From Balanoglossus misakiensis (lineage: Eukaryota; Animalia; Hemichordata): DNA of 64,000 nucleotides. The notes below the pieces were generated by a model that was given only the letters and a program-made list of their open reading frames with translations, was not told the DNA's origin and did no database searches. The DNA is taken from assembly GCA_040954595.2 (NCBI GenBank), contig CM082586.2, positions 9,579,337 through 9,643,336 of the forward strand. Reading direction: 5' to 3'. A program made the translations under genes and the position numbers. Positions 40,648 to 53,679 of this stretch are shown one piece after another. Each line of letters begins with the position of its first letter. Position 1 is the stretch's first letter.

Positions 40648-41792
40648 ATCACTTCCAGGTCCGCTACAAGCGTTCTAGGTAACTTTAAATCAGTAACAGT
40701 AATGTTAAATGTTAAACCTGGTGGACTATTACCATGAAATTTCGACCTGCTTTTAGTGACGGTGTGACCACACTGTTCACTCCAGCGCCATGACCTATGA
40801 CCCCTGTAACATAACAGACAAAGTAGTCAAAGTCCAGTATGTGTTTAAAATGATACCCTGGTCACACACAGTGACAAATATCAGCCTTTGACTATTGTGT
40901 CAAATTATCTAATCTGTGCATTGTTAATAACCCACTGTGAAGTTTAGTCCAGGTAATTCATTTTCAGTGTGGAAACATACTATGCTTTGAATACATATTG
41001 CATATGGAGTGTTGAAGGTTATAGTTGGATGTAGTTTTCCAAGCAATTAGGACATTTTTATATATCGCTATATACTATTTCATTGGTTGATAAACATCAT
41101 GATTCTTCACGTCACGATGGAAACTGAAAAAAAAAAATATTGCTTTATATTCACCAAAAACTATTTTTTTCACCATTGCTATGAAAAATAAAGCACAAAA
41201 AACGTAACACTTAACATCTTACAGTAAAGGGCATTGCCTGTCGATGTGATACACTTTATCATATAACTTCAAAACTGGTAGCTAGGGCAGTGTTTGCACA
41301 GAGGAGTCCCTTAAATGCCTTCGCTCATTCACACCTCTTCAGTGATAATGCCTGGATTATATTGACATGAAGCTGTTTGTTCAGCAGTGTTTCAACTGCC
41401 AGCCACCTGAGTTCATTTTAACACCCAAACACTGAAAATATTGTAGCAATCAATAATATAACCTACACACGGTGTAAAAGTCATCGTGTTTTAAAGTTAT
41501 GTTGATGCCTGATGTGCATTGTGACTCACGGGGCATGCAAGGGTAAAGCTTGTCCAAAGTTGACAAAGCAAAATACCAGACTAAGTGCCTGTTTTAATAT
41601 GTGCCTCTTTCCAAGGACCTTGGTGACGAGGCATAAATTTGGGAACGTTCACGGGACCCATTTTTTCACTGGACCCGCACATGTAATTATATAACCATGA
41701 AATTGAACTGTTCCCGGGAGCTACCGAGTGTTGCCTTGTTTCACCCGCAGGTTACTAGCTAGGGTTTTTACACTGCCGGCAGTAGTTCCAAA

Positions 41793-44221
41793 AACTAGCT
41801 ACACTGCGTAGTGATTGGTTGACTATATATGAATATGCATGAGGTCTGGTTTATAAGGTTCTACACAGATGTAGTGCCCATGCCTTCTCACGGCGGAGCG
41901 TGACAGAGAGCATATTCCGTGTACCTCGCTCGTCATCAAGTTTTCTAGGTGGAATTCAGAATGGCAACTCCAACCACAAAAGCAACAGTTGTAACAGCAC
42001 TGCAAACACCAGTTCTCAATACTTTGGCTGTGAGTAGAATGTCTACAACCAGGACTGCGACTGCCACTACCACCAATGCTACTGTCGCTCTTACCAGTAC
42101 CTGAACAGCCTCAACGGGTACCAGCCAAGTGCAACCAGTCGATGCGGCAAGTTTCACCTTGCAGATCGAATATTATTTGGTGCATTTTGCTGTGTTGTCT
42201 TTCCACAGCCAGCTTGTATTCTGATATTCTGCGTTCAAGACCGAAGATATAATCGGGAACTGGGACTGGAGTCATTTCGAATGAGAATGTGATGTATTTG
42301 GGTCTGACGAAAGAGAAGTGATTATTGAGTCGTCCCCATGAAGAGTTATAAATATGGTTGTGGGTATGACGAATTGACAGTTGTTAATGGCGAAGAAACT
42401 GAGTATTGAGTCGTCCCCATGGAAAGTTATGAAATACGGTTTTGGGTTGACGAATTTACCGTTGTTAATGGAGAAGAAACTTGAGTCGTCCCCATGAAAA
42501 AACTGAGACTGTAATGAATGGTAATGAAGGTAATGAGTCGTCCCCAAGTGTTTTTCTTTTCGTATTTGGGTTTGACGAGTCTGGAATCGGTGTACTCGTT
42601 ACATAATGTGAAAAGGTAGTCGGATTGGTCATGGCAGGTTGTAACATTTGGGTTGACGAATTATCGAGCGCTAGTTGGAATGAATATGACTGCTGCAGAG
42701 GAAAATATTGCAGGCTGACTGTGAATGGGTGTGGCCAGAAGTAATTGTCATGTAAATTACACGCTAAACGTGCGGCGTACCCCAGGTGCTAAGGTTTATG
42801 CTTTGATTGGTGCATTGCAGGGACCCGCACATACTCGAAGACAGGAGATGTCAAGTGGCCCTCGACTGGAATCCTACGACAGGTTCGAAAGATATCTGAC
42901 AGAGTTGCGGTTGTATGCTGAACGGGACGAAGCGGCTTTTAGTCCAGAAGAAGCTTTGGCTCGCCTGGAAATGCTCGTGGACATATCGATGGATATAGGA
43001 CATAAGGACTATCATAAATACGTAGCCATGTTACGGGCTCTGCGTAAAGAGAGGCAATCACCCGCTATGCCTCAGATGTTGCTTTCCCTACTTGGATCAG
43101 GTGAACATGCAGAGATCTTAGAGAAAATTGCAAAAGTGAAGAAAGCCGTTAGTAATACCCATTTAAATGCTGATCGCAGAGAGAATAGAGAAAGATCAAG
43201 TTTGCGATGTTGGAAGTGTAATAGAATTGGACATATAGCTAGGTTTTGTTATGGTAGACGTGATAGGTATGATCGCTACGATAGATTTGATAGATATGAT
43301 GATGGGAGAAGGGAATATTACCGTTCCCGTTCAGGTAGAGATACCAAATAGGTTATTGCTATTAGTACAGGTTTACGGTGATTTGCCTGCCTGATGTATG
43401 GCTACATATGATATAAAGCGGACACCTTGGCTGGAATTCTATAGTGTCTATTGTATTGTAACACAGAATTGATAATGATGATTAAAGGAAAATAAGAACG
43501 TAATGTAAAATGTTCTGTTGCTGTATGAATGGTTTGCACATGTGGGGAAATGGGGGCGTGCCTGGGGGAGGTGTACTGTAGTCTAATTACAGTCCCTTCT
43601 GTCTCAACTAGGCGGGGGTTTCTAACCCTATGCCCGGTTTATTATGTTCCCCCCCCCAAAAAAAAAAAACCAACAAAAACAAAACAAAAACAAAAACAAA
43701 AACCAATTGATTGTCGTTTTGATTACGAAAGATATTGAATTGAGGGTTTTTTTACCTTTTCAGCTCTGTGTGGTATTTGTGGATGTGCGTGATGAGTATT
43801 GGAGAGGGGTATGTTTTTGGGGTACGGTCGAGAGACCAAGAGAGGAGGCAAGGGACCCTCGACCACTAAATCAAACTAAATCAAACTAAACAACACTACG
43901 CAGTGTAGATGGGGAACTAGCTACACTGCGTAGTGATTGGTTTACTATATATGAATATGCATGAGGTCTGGTATATAAGGTTCTACCCAGATGTAGTGCC
44001 CATGCCTTCTCACGGCGGAGCATGACAGAGAGCACCCACCCACCCACCCTAAAATCGCCGACGCCTTAGGCAAGTGTTTATGTACAAGGCAGCAGTTTTA
44101 AGGATGACGAGAGAGGTACCACAAATGGCCATCGGTCACTCCTTAAGATACAGCAAGGGACCCTCGACCACTCCACAACTAAATCAAACTAATCAACACT
44201 ACTCAGTGTAGATATGGAACT
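41793..44221 (+). mobile_element. Non-autonomous split-direct-repeat (PAT/Ngaro-type) element encoding only a Gag-like protein
   Basis: A1 41793-41912, B1 43848-43918, A2 43915-44034, B2 44153-44221; AACT shared at both ends and at the B1/A2 junction; C-rich tract after A2 as in the upstream Ngaro; no RT, RNase H or YR motifs seen. Confidence 0.85.
42848..43351 (+). CDS. Gag-like protein with CCHC zinc knuckle and RD/RY-rich tail (frame open from 42725)
   Basis: Uninterrupted frame; helical region then RCWKCNRIGHIARFC and (DRY)n repeats. Confidence 0.7.
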   Translation: MSSGPRLESYDRFERYLTELRLYAERDEAAFSPEEALARLEMLVDISMDIGHKDYHKYVAMLRALRKERQSPAMPQMLLSLLGSGEHAEILEKIAKVKKAVSNTHLNADRRENRERSSLRCWKCNRIGHIARFCYGRRDRYDRYDRFDRYDDGRREYYRSRSGRDTK

Positions 44222-44430
44222 GTGTACTTTTATGAATAATCAATTAGCATCAATTTATTTGTGGTAGTAAAACATAATGGCTTGCAGCTCCCACAAAAAA
44301 TACCATTACAAGTAAGATGATGCGCCAATGAACTAATTATTGATCCTCAGTTTCTGTGTGCCACCGATGATGTCACTATTAATTCTGTGCTAGTTTGCAC
44401 TCAGACTTCTTTTTCAAGGCTGATATTTCA

Positions 44431-46512
44431 TTTTTAGGGGACCAAGCGCCTGAGGGCGCTTGGTCCCCTTCTGTTATTGCTGGAGTTTTTCTTCTTTCTT
44501 CTTGAGTCGTTTTTTTGCTCCCGTTTTGCTAAAAAATCCCTGGGTCTACGCCTATGAAACTTGGCACGGTGGTTGGGGCCCATGAGTACTAGTGCACCTG
44601 CCCTTTGAATTTGTAATTAGTCACGTGACTTGGTGGCTATAATCGAGCGAAATTTTCAAATTGACCTAATTTGCACGTTAATGGGGGCATGTACATTCGT
44701 TTCGCGATTTTCGTAGACCATGTGGCCAAAATCCCCTGTGCCAAATTTTAAGGTCCTAGGCCACGTCGATTTTGAGAAGAAGATTTTTGTAATATTTTTC
44801 GCATTTTTTGGTGGGCTGAGGACAAACACTGGGGCATCGGACTTTGACCGTCATTACGTAATGTTGTGGAGATCTCATTAGCAGGAGGGTTGCAGTAGTC
44901 CTTGGAAAATCGGCTGAAATACGTAAACAGACCAGTGATTATTTTCCACAGAATGAATTTTGGGAAAATTATCGGAGTTCAGGCTGTGTAAGGGCGATTT
45001 ATTGAATTACGCTGAGTTTGTTAGCTGTTGCCGTTTAAATGTGTCTCTGCAGCCCCGGCTACACTGGTTAACATTCAATGTAATGCGGCAGCGGACTTTG
45101 ACCCTCAGTCGCTAATGTTGTGGGAGGTTTCATTAGCATTTAGGTAGTCACATGTAGTGGATAGTAGTTCGGGAAATTGGCCGAAATACATAAGCAGACC
45201 AGTGATTTTCTTGCACAAAGGGAGTATGGTACCAGCAATAATCAGAGATCAGGCTTCGTTGCCGTTCAAATGTTCCTACTTCAGTCGTGACGTTGCAACT
45301 GAACGTTCAGTATGGGGTTCGGCCCGCAGGTGGCCGTGGGGGTTATCATGTCGCCCGTAATGGCACGCAGCTTCATGCAGCTCTATGGGACCAAAATAAT
45401 ACGCCCGATTCGGGGGTCACCTGTGACACCTGCGTAACTCTATTACGTGCATGCGTAATTGTGGGGTCAATGAAAGGGATGCTAGCATGGTATTTGTTGC
45501 ACATGGATCAATATGAAGTCCGATTTTCCTGTCAAGTTGTGGGCGACCTTATGTGACATTTCACCTACTTTTGCTTAGTGAATAACAGCAGATGCATGCA
45601 GCTTTGGCGTGGTGGGGGGGGGGGGATATACGGATGGGACCATAATGATATACCAAAGGCGGGGTCACCCGTTGCACCTGCCGAAGTCATTGATTTTGTA
45701 CATTTAATTGAACACTAACCAACAGGGCGATATGTGTGGTTTTTGTTCCACACGGACGAATGTAAGTGTCAGTTGGTTTTTGCCCAAATGTATAAGGTGA
45801 TTTGGATGACCTCTGTCGTACAGTGCCATATCTCAGCACGTTGTACAGCTGCAGCTTTGGTATTTGGAGGGATGAAACTATCATGAAATGCCAAATACAT
45901 GGGGATACCTGTGACACCTGCTTGATTCATGTATTCCGTGCATACCTAATGGTAGGCAAAGTGAAAGGGCTGCAAATGTAGGATTTGTTGCACATGACAT
46001 AAACAGGAATGAAATTTTTTTGTCAAATATTTGGTTGACCTCAGGTGTCCATTGACCTGCTTTCCATATGTTAGCATGCAAATCATATATAGCCAGGTGT
46101 TTGGAGGGGTAGGGTAGGACCTCTGCGTCATGAAATGCTAAATTCCTGGGGCCACCTGTAACTTACTTGCGTAACTCATTTTATGGTCATACCTAATTTG
46201 ACCAACTCAAAGGGCGAGGATTTTCCGTTGTCTTGAATATGAACCAAATAAGAATCAAAATTTTTGGTCCAATTTTTGGGTACCCTCAGCTGACCTTTGA
46301 AGTACTTACTGAAGTACTTACAACGTAGAAGTTCACCTTTGGTTGTTGTTTTTGTACTTGTACGACATGCATTTCAGGTGGTTGCCTACTCCCCATATCT
46401 CAACATCGAGAGCAAATACAGCCTATGCATTTGAATGGTACAACCCTGAATGGAGTCTAATGGTTATTAACTCTATGCTTGGGCCCCTTCAATGCTGCTT
46501 GCAGCTTTAATT
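44431..46512 (+). mobile_element. Non-autonomous Helentron-type (HINE/DINE-1-like) element
   Basis: 5' T-run then perfect hairpin GGGGACCAAGCGCC-TGAG-GGCGCTTGGTCCCC (44437-44468); 3' subTIR GCTTGGGCCCC (46477-46487), stem-loop GCTGC-TT-GCAGC, T-run; no TSD; about four diverged ~240-bp internal repeats. Confidence 0.8.
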
Positions 46513-47120
46513 TTTATTATCTTTTAAGTGTATGTTTAGAAAAAACAAAAAAGAACAGTTCTTCTACTGAACGCAGTCGCCTACTGCTTGTTGATATGTG
46601 TACTGGCCCTGCAGTGCAACAACGGCATATGCTGCTGAAGAGGCAGATGTTTGACCAAATGTACCAGTGCAGTACTGAGATTGTAGAGCTGTTCAAATAC
46701 GAATTCAAAGTTTTGATTCCAATTGTTACATACACCCCCTAGACCAGTATCCAATCACTTTTATTAAAAATGATACTCACACTTCATTGGCAACTCGAAC
46801 ACTACAACAACGCCATGTTTTATAGCACTGGAGGACTGACAATAGAAACAACCACAAATCCGGGTCAAGTTGGCAAAGGTCAAGGTAAACGAGAGTCCCA
46901 GACGAGTGGTGGCGCTAGACCCGTATGCGGTCACTTGGACCAGTTCTCCTGTCAGTTGCACAAACACAGTTAGAATGCATATTCTCGTAAAGTATTTGGA
47001 TCCTTATAAGTAGAAATACTTTTTTTTCATGAAGGAAATAAGTTTTTAAAGGGAAGAGAGAAATTTCATGGGCCCAGGACAGCCAAGAAATTATAACAAA
47101 TAGCTCTGTTAATCACTTAA

Positions 47121-48958
47121 AGAGCATATCTTGGCTCGAAACACACCTTTGAGGATAAATAATAATTGGGCTTGTGTGTTAAATACTGTTGTTCTTTTAT
47201 TTATTTCATATGGACAAATAAATGTTAAATTTAAAAATGTTCAGGGCCTGAGAAAAAAACTTCTGTTTGGGCCACGCCCATACCCGTGACGTCACAAGAG
47301 GAACCCATTTACGTTTGCAACAGACTTAGCACTGTACATTGCAGTGGTTGAAATGCAATCATACATGTCTGTGATCTAAACAGCTTTGCTGTGTCAGCCT
47401 GGGTACAACTCTGTATCCCCCGTCCCCTTCAAAATAAACGTACATGTATACCTTATCATCTAGGGGAGATGCGATTATGAAAAAAAACTACTCGGCCCGG
47501 CTAGGCTACGGCTACACATTGCAAGCAGTACACAACATGCAATGGCAGCGGATGTGTATAGGCGCCCTACACATACAATGATTGCTGCCTCGATTAAACC
47601 GTGGAATATTGCCCAGAGGTTTAGGTCTAGAGTGCTGGGTCTAAATCTACTTATCTTGGACAATGTCAACTTATTGATAACTGATCGTGGTCTTTTGGCG
47701 ATTTTCGATCACTGCCTCAACAGACAAAATACGCTCGTGTTATTACAAGGGAACTCCATCAGCGCCGATGCGTGTACACGCAGTCAGCAGCGATGACACA
47801 TATCGCGCCGCGATGTATATGTACCATGCCAGCACTAAAATTCTGTCTTCTGAATTACATGTAAGCTATATGCCTTTTTGGTGATGACAAACAGAAACAT
47901 TTATGACTTGTCGCTGTAATCATGAAAGTTCCTTCACATGCTTCATACTGCATTATAACAAAATGAAACCATACAACCAACAGCAACAGGCGATCGTGCC
48001 GGGGCGACCCACTCACGCTCACAAAGCATGAAACATTTTCATTGATACACACGAATATCCAAGTTTGGAAACGGTTTTCACTCACACGAAGCAAAATTTA
48101 TTCAACACACTTTGTTTCAAAATTTGTACAGTGTGTTTTGGAGCCGATGAGTCGGACATAGTGCGACGTAAAACTTGTAAACAAAGAAATTAGAAAAGAA
48201 AGATGGCGACCATTCAGCCGAAGCCATACAAAGGTATGACTGAAAGAAATGTGAAATAGTAACAGTAATATTTTGAACTTTCAAGTTTTTACATTGATTG
48301 CTGTCAACCTTAATTATCGAAGTTTGCGGTCCCTGGGTACCGGGTAGCCAGACAAAAGAGTGAATAATTATAAGCAATCTCGACATGATGTCGGCCAGCG
48401 CAAAATTGTGTTTACGCATCCTGCCAGTTCACCTACAACTGTGTAATCGCGGTCGCTGGAACACTGAATGAACACCAATATCGGGTATAAACGATCAGTT
48501 GTGCTCTGAATTGAATATTGATCACTGGTCAACCTCTCCTACTGACAGGCTTCTATTTTCCTGTAAGGGTGCTGATTGTCTTCTTGTGATTCGAACCTGG
48601 CCGATTATCATTCAACGGTCATGCATTGACAGTTACCGCCACGGCCGTCACCGGCACCGCGCCGACTTCATATACACCGTACGATGTTGATGATCGTGGC
48701 ATAGACTTTCATTCATTTTTGTGGAACTCACACGGGTGACTCCCGTCTAGGTAATGTGTTGCTGCAACCACGGCAAACAACTCCCTTTCCCATTGTGGTA
48801 TTACAGAGAAAAGCACGAAAACAACGCATCACACCTGTGAGCATCGCTAAAGCTGATCTACCTGAGGGGAACCTCCTGTGACGTCACGTCACGTGACCAA
48901 AATGCAGCAAATCTGAACTCGGACTTCTGATATGATTTAAAAAGGCAATATATGCTCT
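47121..48958. mobile_element. Decayed Kolobok-type element
   Basis: TTAA|AGAGCATATCTTGGCT ... AGGCAATATATGCTCT|TTGA (16-bp TIR, 2 mismatches, one TSD mutated); subterminal GTGACGTCAC at both ends; faint THAP-like (~48720-48795) and KolX-like RHIAY (~47750-47880) traces on minus. Confidence 0.65.
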
Positions 48959-49129
48959 TTGAAGGGACAGTAATGCCTAACCAGACCAACCTAAGTTGAC
49001 CCCTCACCCCATTTTCCCCTTTGAAATCAAATCCCTAAAGATTGGTAACACCTTCAATATCATGTAAATTTTTGAAATTTTCTCATTTTCCCCACGTTTT
49101 TGGTGTAAAAAATGACAAAAAAGTTTTTG

Positions 49130-52100
49130 CTTAGCCTAAATACATGATACATGCATCTACCAGTCGCAGCCCCCAGCACTTTTCTCGAACTGTAGCCATA
49201 ACATGCATTCATCATCACCAAAGGGCACATGGCACACTTTACAACAGTCACGTTATTTGTTGTCATGGAAGTCAAGACGGCGCCTCTTCCTTGTGTTTGT
49301 TGCTGATGGCATACGTGCAGTTGCCCACTTCATCACCTCTTTTTCTTTCTTCTTCCTTTCTCTCTCTCTCTCTCTCTCCTTTTTATTCTCTCTCGAGTCT
49401 TTTCTTAGCTACGGTTTCTTCTCGCTGCTTCTTTTGCTTGCTTTTTTGCCGCAACCGGTCTTGCCTTTCTTTGATTTGACAAAGATGTTTTAGATGTTCT
49501 TCCTGGTAGACCTTTTTGGCACTCGGATCATTTAAGAAGTTTGGAAGATGCTGAAGAACACTTTTTGCTCCAGGCTTTTTCTTTCTCTTCCCAATTTCCG
49601 GATAAGAGAGCACTTAATCTAGGACTGGAGATACTTTATTACATGGTGGTGTTGTGCCTGTAATTTTCCTGTAACTTGAGGTGACTGGTGTACTTGTACA
49701 GTCAGATGATGGGGCTGCTTTGCTTGCAACTGATTGGTTTGATGTGACACTGGTGTTGCTTGTGGCAGAGGAATCTATTGCTGTGTTGGACTCTGCAGAC
49801 ACACCTTTGTCGTTATCAGATGAGTGTGAAGACGTAGCAGCTCCACTTTCAATACTATGGGCTTGATTCGGAATGATGGACTGCCAGGCAAGTCATAGCC
49901 CTCTTCAATTCGTTTTCGGTACTTTTCCTTCTCAGGTGTAGTCATTACCTCTTCAACCATTTCCAAGAGACTGTTGATGGTGTACTGTTGATGGTGTTCT
50001 TCACTGCTGCCCGTGTCTCCATCTGGCTTTCCTCAACATCTTTATCGGCCGTGCAATCTTGAAAAGTAGTTGAAGGGAGCAGCATATCACTTGGAATGTT
50101 TGAGCTATTGATTGGATATATTCCTGATCTCAGAAAACTGTTGGTTATATTCATCACGTTGCACCACGTTGCCATGCAGATCTGAACACCCTGGCAAAAG
50201 TCTTTTGGGTGACCTCTTCGCCAGGACTTTCCGCCATGAATTCCCTGACTGTGGTGACCCATGCAGCTTTCAAGGGACCAAAGAGAGGGACATCACACAG
50301 TTGCAGGAAATGTGATGCGTTCGGCAAAAGTCGGTATAGCAAGATGTTGTGCTCTTTTGCAAGCTTGAATATTTCGAAATCCAAATGAGAGATGTGGCTG
50401 TCAAAATATAGCACTACAGGTCTTATTGCCGTTAAGTTTGGAATAAATTGGTTTGCAAGCCATGCATAACACGTCTCAGTTTCCATCCAGCCAGTTTCTG
50501 TGAAATAGCAGCTGGCTCCTTCAATTCCTCCCGACAATGGATTCCATGATCGTGGAACGGTCTTCAATGGGAACAAGTGGTAAGGTGGAATTGACCCACC
50601 AACAGCGTTGATACAGGCCAAGACAGTTATTTGAGTCTTGCTGTTTGCTGTTATTTGGGGAAGGGCACCACTTCTGTTTCTTGCTGGTCCAAGCACTTTC
50701 CCAGTCTTTACTTGCATACAGAAACCAGATTCATTCCAATTCCAGATCTGAGCTGGCTTGTTGAGCAAATCATGATCCGAAATAAACTTCTCATACTCTC
50801 CAAAACACTCAGCCACCTCCCTCTGGGTCACCTTGGCACGTTTCAAATCCAGGTTTCTGGTACTTACAAGTTTCATCAATGGATTCCTCTTCAGGAAGGA
50901 CCTGTACCATCGATCACCGGGAAAATTTGGAGGTTCTTTATTTTTCAAAATGGTGTCTCTTTTGTCCTTGTCCAGAATAGCTTTCACAGTCTGGAATAAT
51001 CTATTTTTACTGACACCAAATCCTCCTTGACCCATACTGATGATCCATTCTGCTAGTTTCTTTACCTCTGCCGTTGTAAGTATTTGTGGTGGCCCTTTAC
51101 GTCTATCAATGTAAACTTTTCCAGTGACTCTGTCACTCAGTATTGACCGCTTTACTCCCCACTTTGCAGCTGCTTTTCTCAGTGACATGTTGTACTCAAC
51201 AATATCTGTCACAGCTCCCGCAAACACCTTTTCTCTTTTCATGACTTCACTAAACAAACAAAAACCATACATGAAAAATTACATTTCTGCTAATAAATAA
51301 CTTCACATTACTCTACACTATATTTTCATAATTACTTGATTTTTAGGTCCCATTGGTATAGGCCTATTTACCATGGGACCTTATGGGATGGGTTGCGTCT
51401 GTATGTATGTATGGATGGATGGATGTATGTATGGATGTATGGATGTATGTCTGTATGTCCGTCCACATCAAAAACTTGAAAACCGCTACGCGTATCACCT
51501 CAATATTTGGTGTGTAGGTGCAGGCAGGGCTGTAGATGGGAGTTTGTCCAAACGAAGTTGCCAGGCCCAAAAATATGCAAATTAGCCTGTAAAATGTGAA
51601 ATTGATCAAAACTCTGTAAGTCAATAATTACTGGTCAGATTTCTTTGAAAATTGGTATGCATGTACCTTATGTCAACCTCACACCGACCTGTAAGTGTTC
51701 AGGTGATATCATGGATGTTTTATTTTTTTATGAATTTTTTAGTCTTTTTATTAAATTTATACCTTTACTTATACCTCTATGGTTAAGCTATGTCCACGTC
51801 TTACTGTGGAATTCTGGTCTGTGCAATAGTCCTGTACAGTGACTGTCTATTGGTCAGTGAGCACAATGGGGCCAAAATAAAAGGCAAATTTTTGGGCTCA
51901 CCTGTAACACCTGCTTAACACATTAATTATGTGCATACCTAATTCCGGGCTAACTAATAGGGCTAGAGGTTTCGTTCTTGTGGGACATGGACCAGTATGA
52001 GGTCAAAATTTCTTGCCCAAATTTTGGGTGACCTCAGGTGACCTTTGACCTACTTTCCTATATCTTGGCATCCAGAGCAGGTACAGACTTGGCGTTTGGA

Positions 52101-52686
52101 GGGTTGGGACTAAAATTGAAAAGCCAAAATTGGGGGCCACCTGTGACACCTGCATATCTCATTAATTATGTGCATACCTAATTCCAGGCTAACCAATAAG
52201 GCTATAGGTTTGGTTTTTATTGAACATGGACCAGTATAAGGTCAAAATTTCTTGCCCAAATTTTGCATGACCTCAGGTGACCTTTGACCTACTTTATCAT
52301 ATCTTGGCATCCAGAGCAGGTACAGACTTTGGGTTTGGAGGGTTGGGACTAAAATTGAAAAGCAACAATTGGGGGTCACCTGTGACACCTGCGTATCTCA
52401 TTAATTATGTGCATACCTAATTCCAGGCTAACCAATAGAGCTATAGGTTTGGTTTTTGTTGAACATGGACCAGTATAGGGTCCAAATTTCTTGCCCAAAT
52501 TTTGCATGACCTCAGGTGACCTTTGACCTACTTTTCCATATCTTGGCATCCAGAGCAGATATGCTTATTGCTATGTTGCTATGTGCTATGTCCTCAAATG
52601 GGACCACAGTGTCCTTGACGCTATTTTTTAAAATATTCAGATTGTTTACTTGTACCTGTTGAAATTATAACATTTTGATGGTTTAA
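49130..52686 (-). pseudogene. pogo/Tigger-like (CENP-B-related) DDE transposase with C-terminal basic coil and PHD-like remnant; probable intron 51250-52655
   Basis: 50154-51272: psq HTH (SLRKAAAKWGV..S.L.DR), CENP-B-type HTH (WYRSFLKRNP), IWNWNESG (D to N), GWM, FDSHISH, SHFLQLCDV..FGPLK; further frameshifted pieces down to ~49130. TIRs not found. Confidence 0.85.
51340..52627 (+). mobile_element. Non-autonomous Helentron-type (HINE/DINE-1-like) element
   Basis: T-run, subTIR/IR hairpin GGTCCCAT...ATGGGACC, (ATGT/ATGG)n microsatellite, about three 240-bp repeats (51893, 52133, 52372), 3' subTIR ATGGGACC 52598-52605, stem-loop AGTGTC-CTT-GACGCT, T-run. Confidence 0.85.
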
Positions 52687-53550
52687 AGCCCCAGTATTTC
52701 TCGTGTGTATCCATTTTTCATCATCGAAAAAGCCCGTTTTTCCTGTACATTCATCATGGAATACTACATAATGAAGATGTAAGAAAGGTTTGGGCAGTTG
52801 TAGCTACATGCAAGCCGAAAATATTGCCCGTAACACTTGAAATGATGCGCGGGTTTGTTTACATTGGAAACGGTGTACATGTGACCGAGAATGCTTATAG
52901 CGATGACGCATCAATCTCGCGAGATGATTGGGATTACGCGTGATCAATACAATACGGACATCGCAGGGCTCTGGTCACTTTCTTACGGTCGATCAGCAAA
53001 CATGCCATTTCGACATTTGATGTCAGACCATTTTGGATTTGATCTGGTTCCATCGACTGATTTCATCCTATATATTTATCTTCCCGGAATTTCGCCAAAT
53101 TAGGGAAGATGTCATTTTCAAGTAGGCAGTACCGCACGCGGTTCCCCCGACCTCGCATTCGCATAGTATACCTCCTCTCATGTTATATGACGTGAATATT
53201 CATGAGCAACTCATTACCGGGGTCGTTCACACCTTGAACTAGTGCCATTATATTTTCTAAAGAGCCCTGTAGTTCAACAGTAACCCTGCGGTAGCAAATG
53301 GCCAGAACGGCTCCAATAATTGAGAGTGAAAAAATCACGAGAATATGGTCTTATTTTTCCCCTTTTGCGCGACCAAGTAAGAGATCATGTTAGTTATTTA
53401 TAGAAGCAGGCAATCGCGCACTCAAGTGTCCCATACTGACCACAGAAGGTCATGCCCTCGCTAAAAGCAGAGATGTAGAAAATAGTCGGAAGCCAGAAAA
53501 ATAGCCGGCTGTATAGCAAAAAATTTCCGCCTGTAAACAGAGGAAAATCG
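52687..53550. mobile_element. Possible one-ended Kolobok-type fragment
   Basis: Begins TTAA|AGCCCCAGTA exactly where the putative pogo exon 1 breaks; CpG-richer sequence follows; no matching second TIR found and the right limit is a guess. Confidence 0.35.
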
Positions 53551-53679
53551 CTGGCCTGTTTTTTTTTTTATGTAAAATCTTTTCATTTTCGCCGGCTTGG
53601 GTGAACGCGTACAAGAGAATCAATTTTCACAGTGTATGACCTTACGACCTGTAAACGATTGCCTGCAAACGATACTGAT

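Larger units (their letters stand above)
36855..40790 (-). mobile_element. L1/Tx1-clade LINE, 5' part present, 3' end lost; outer limits approximate
   Basis: ORF1, T-rich spacer, then APE endonuclease and RT fragments in order on the minus strand; no poly(A) tail or C-terminal region. Confidence 0.9.

Noticed and set aside
42300-42480. Hammerhead ribozyme in the motif array
   Set aside because: CTGACGA occurs once, and I could not build stem II directly followed by GAAA plus stem III; a covariance-model scan would settle it.
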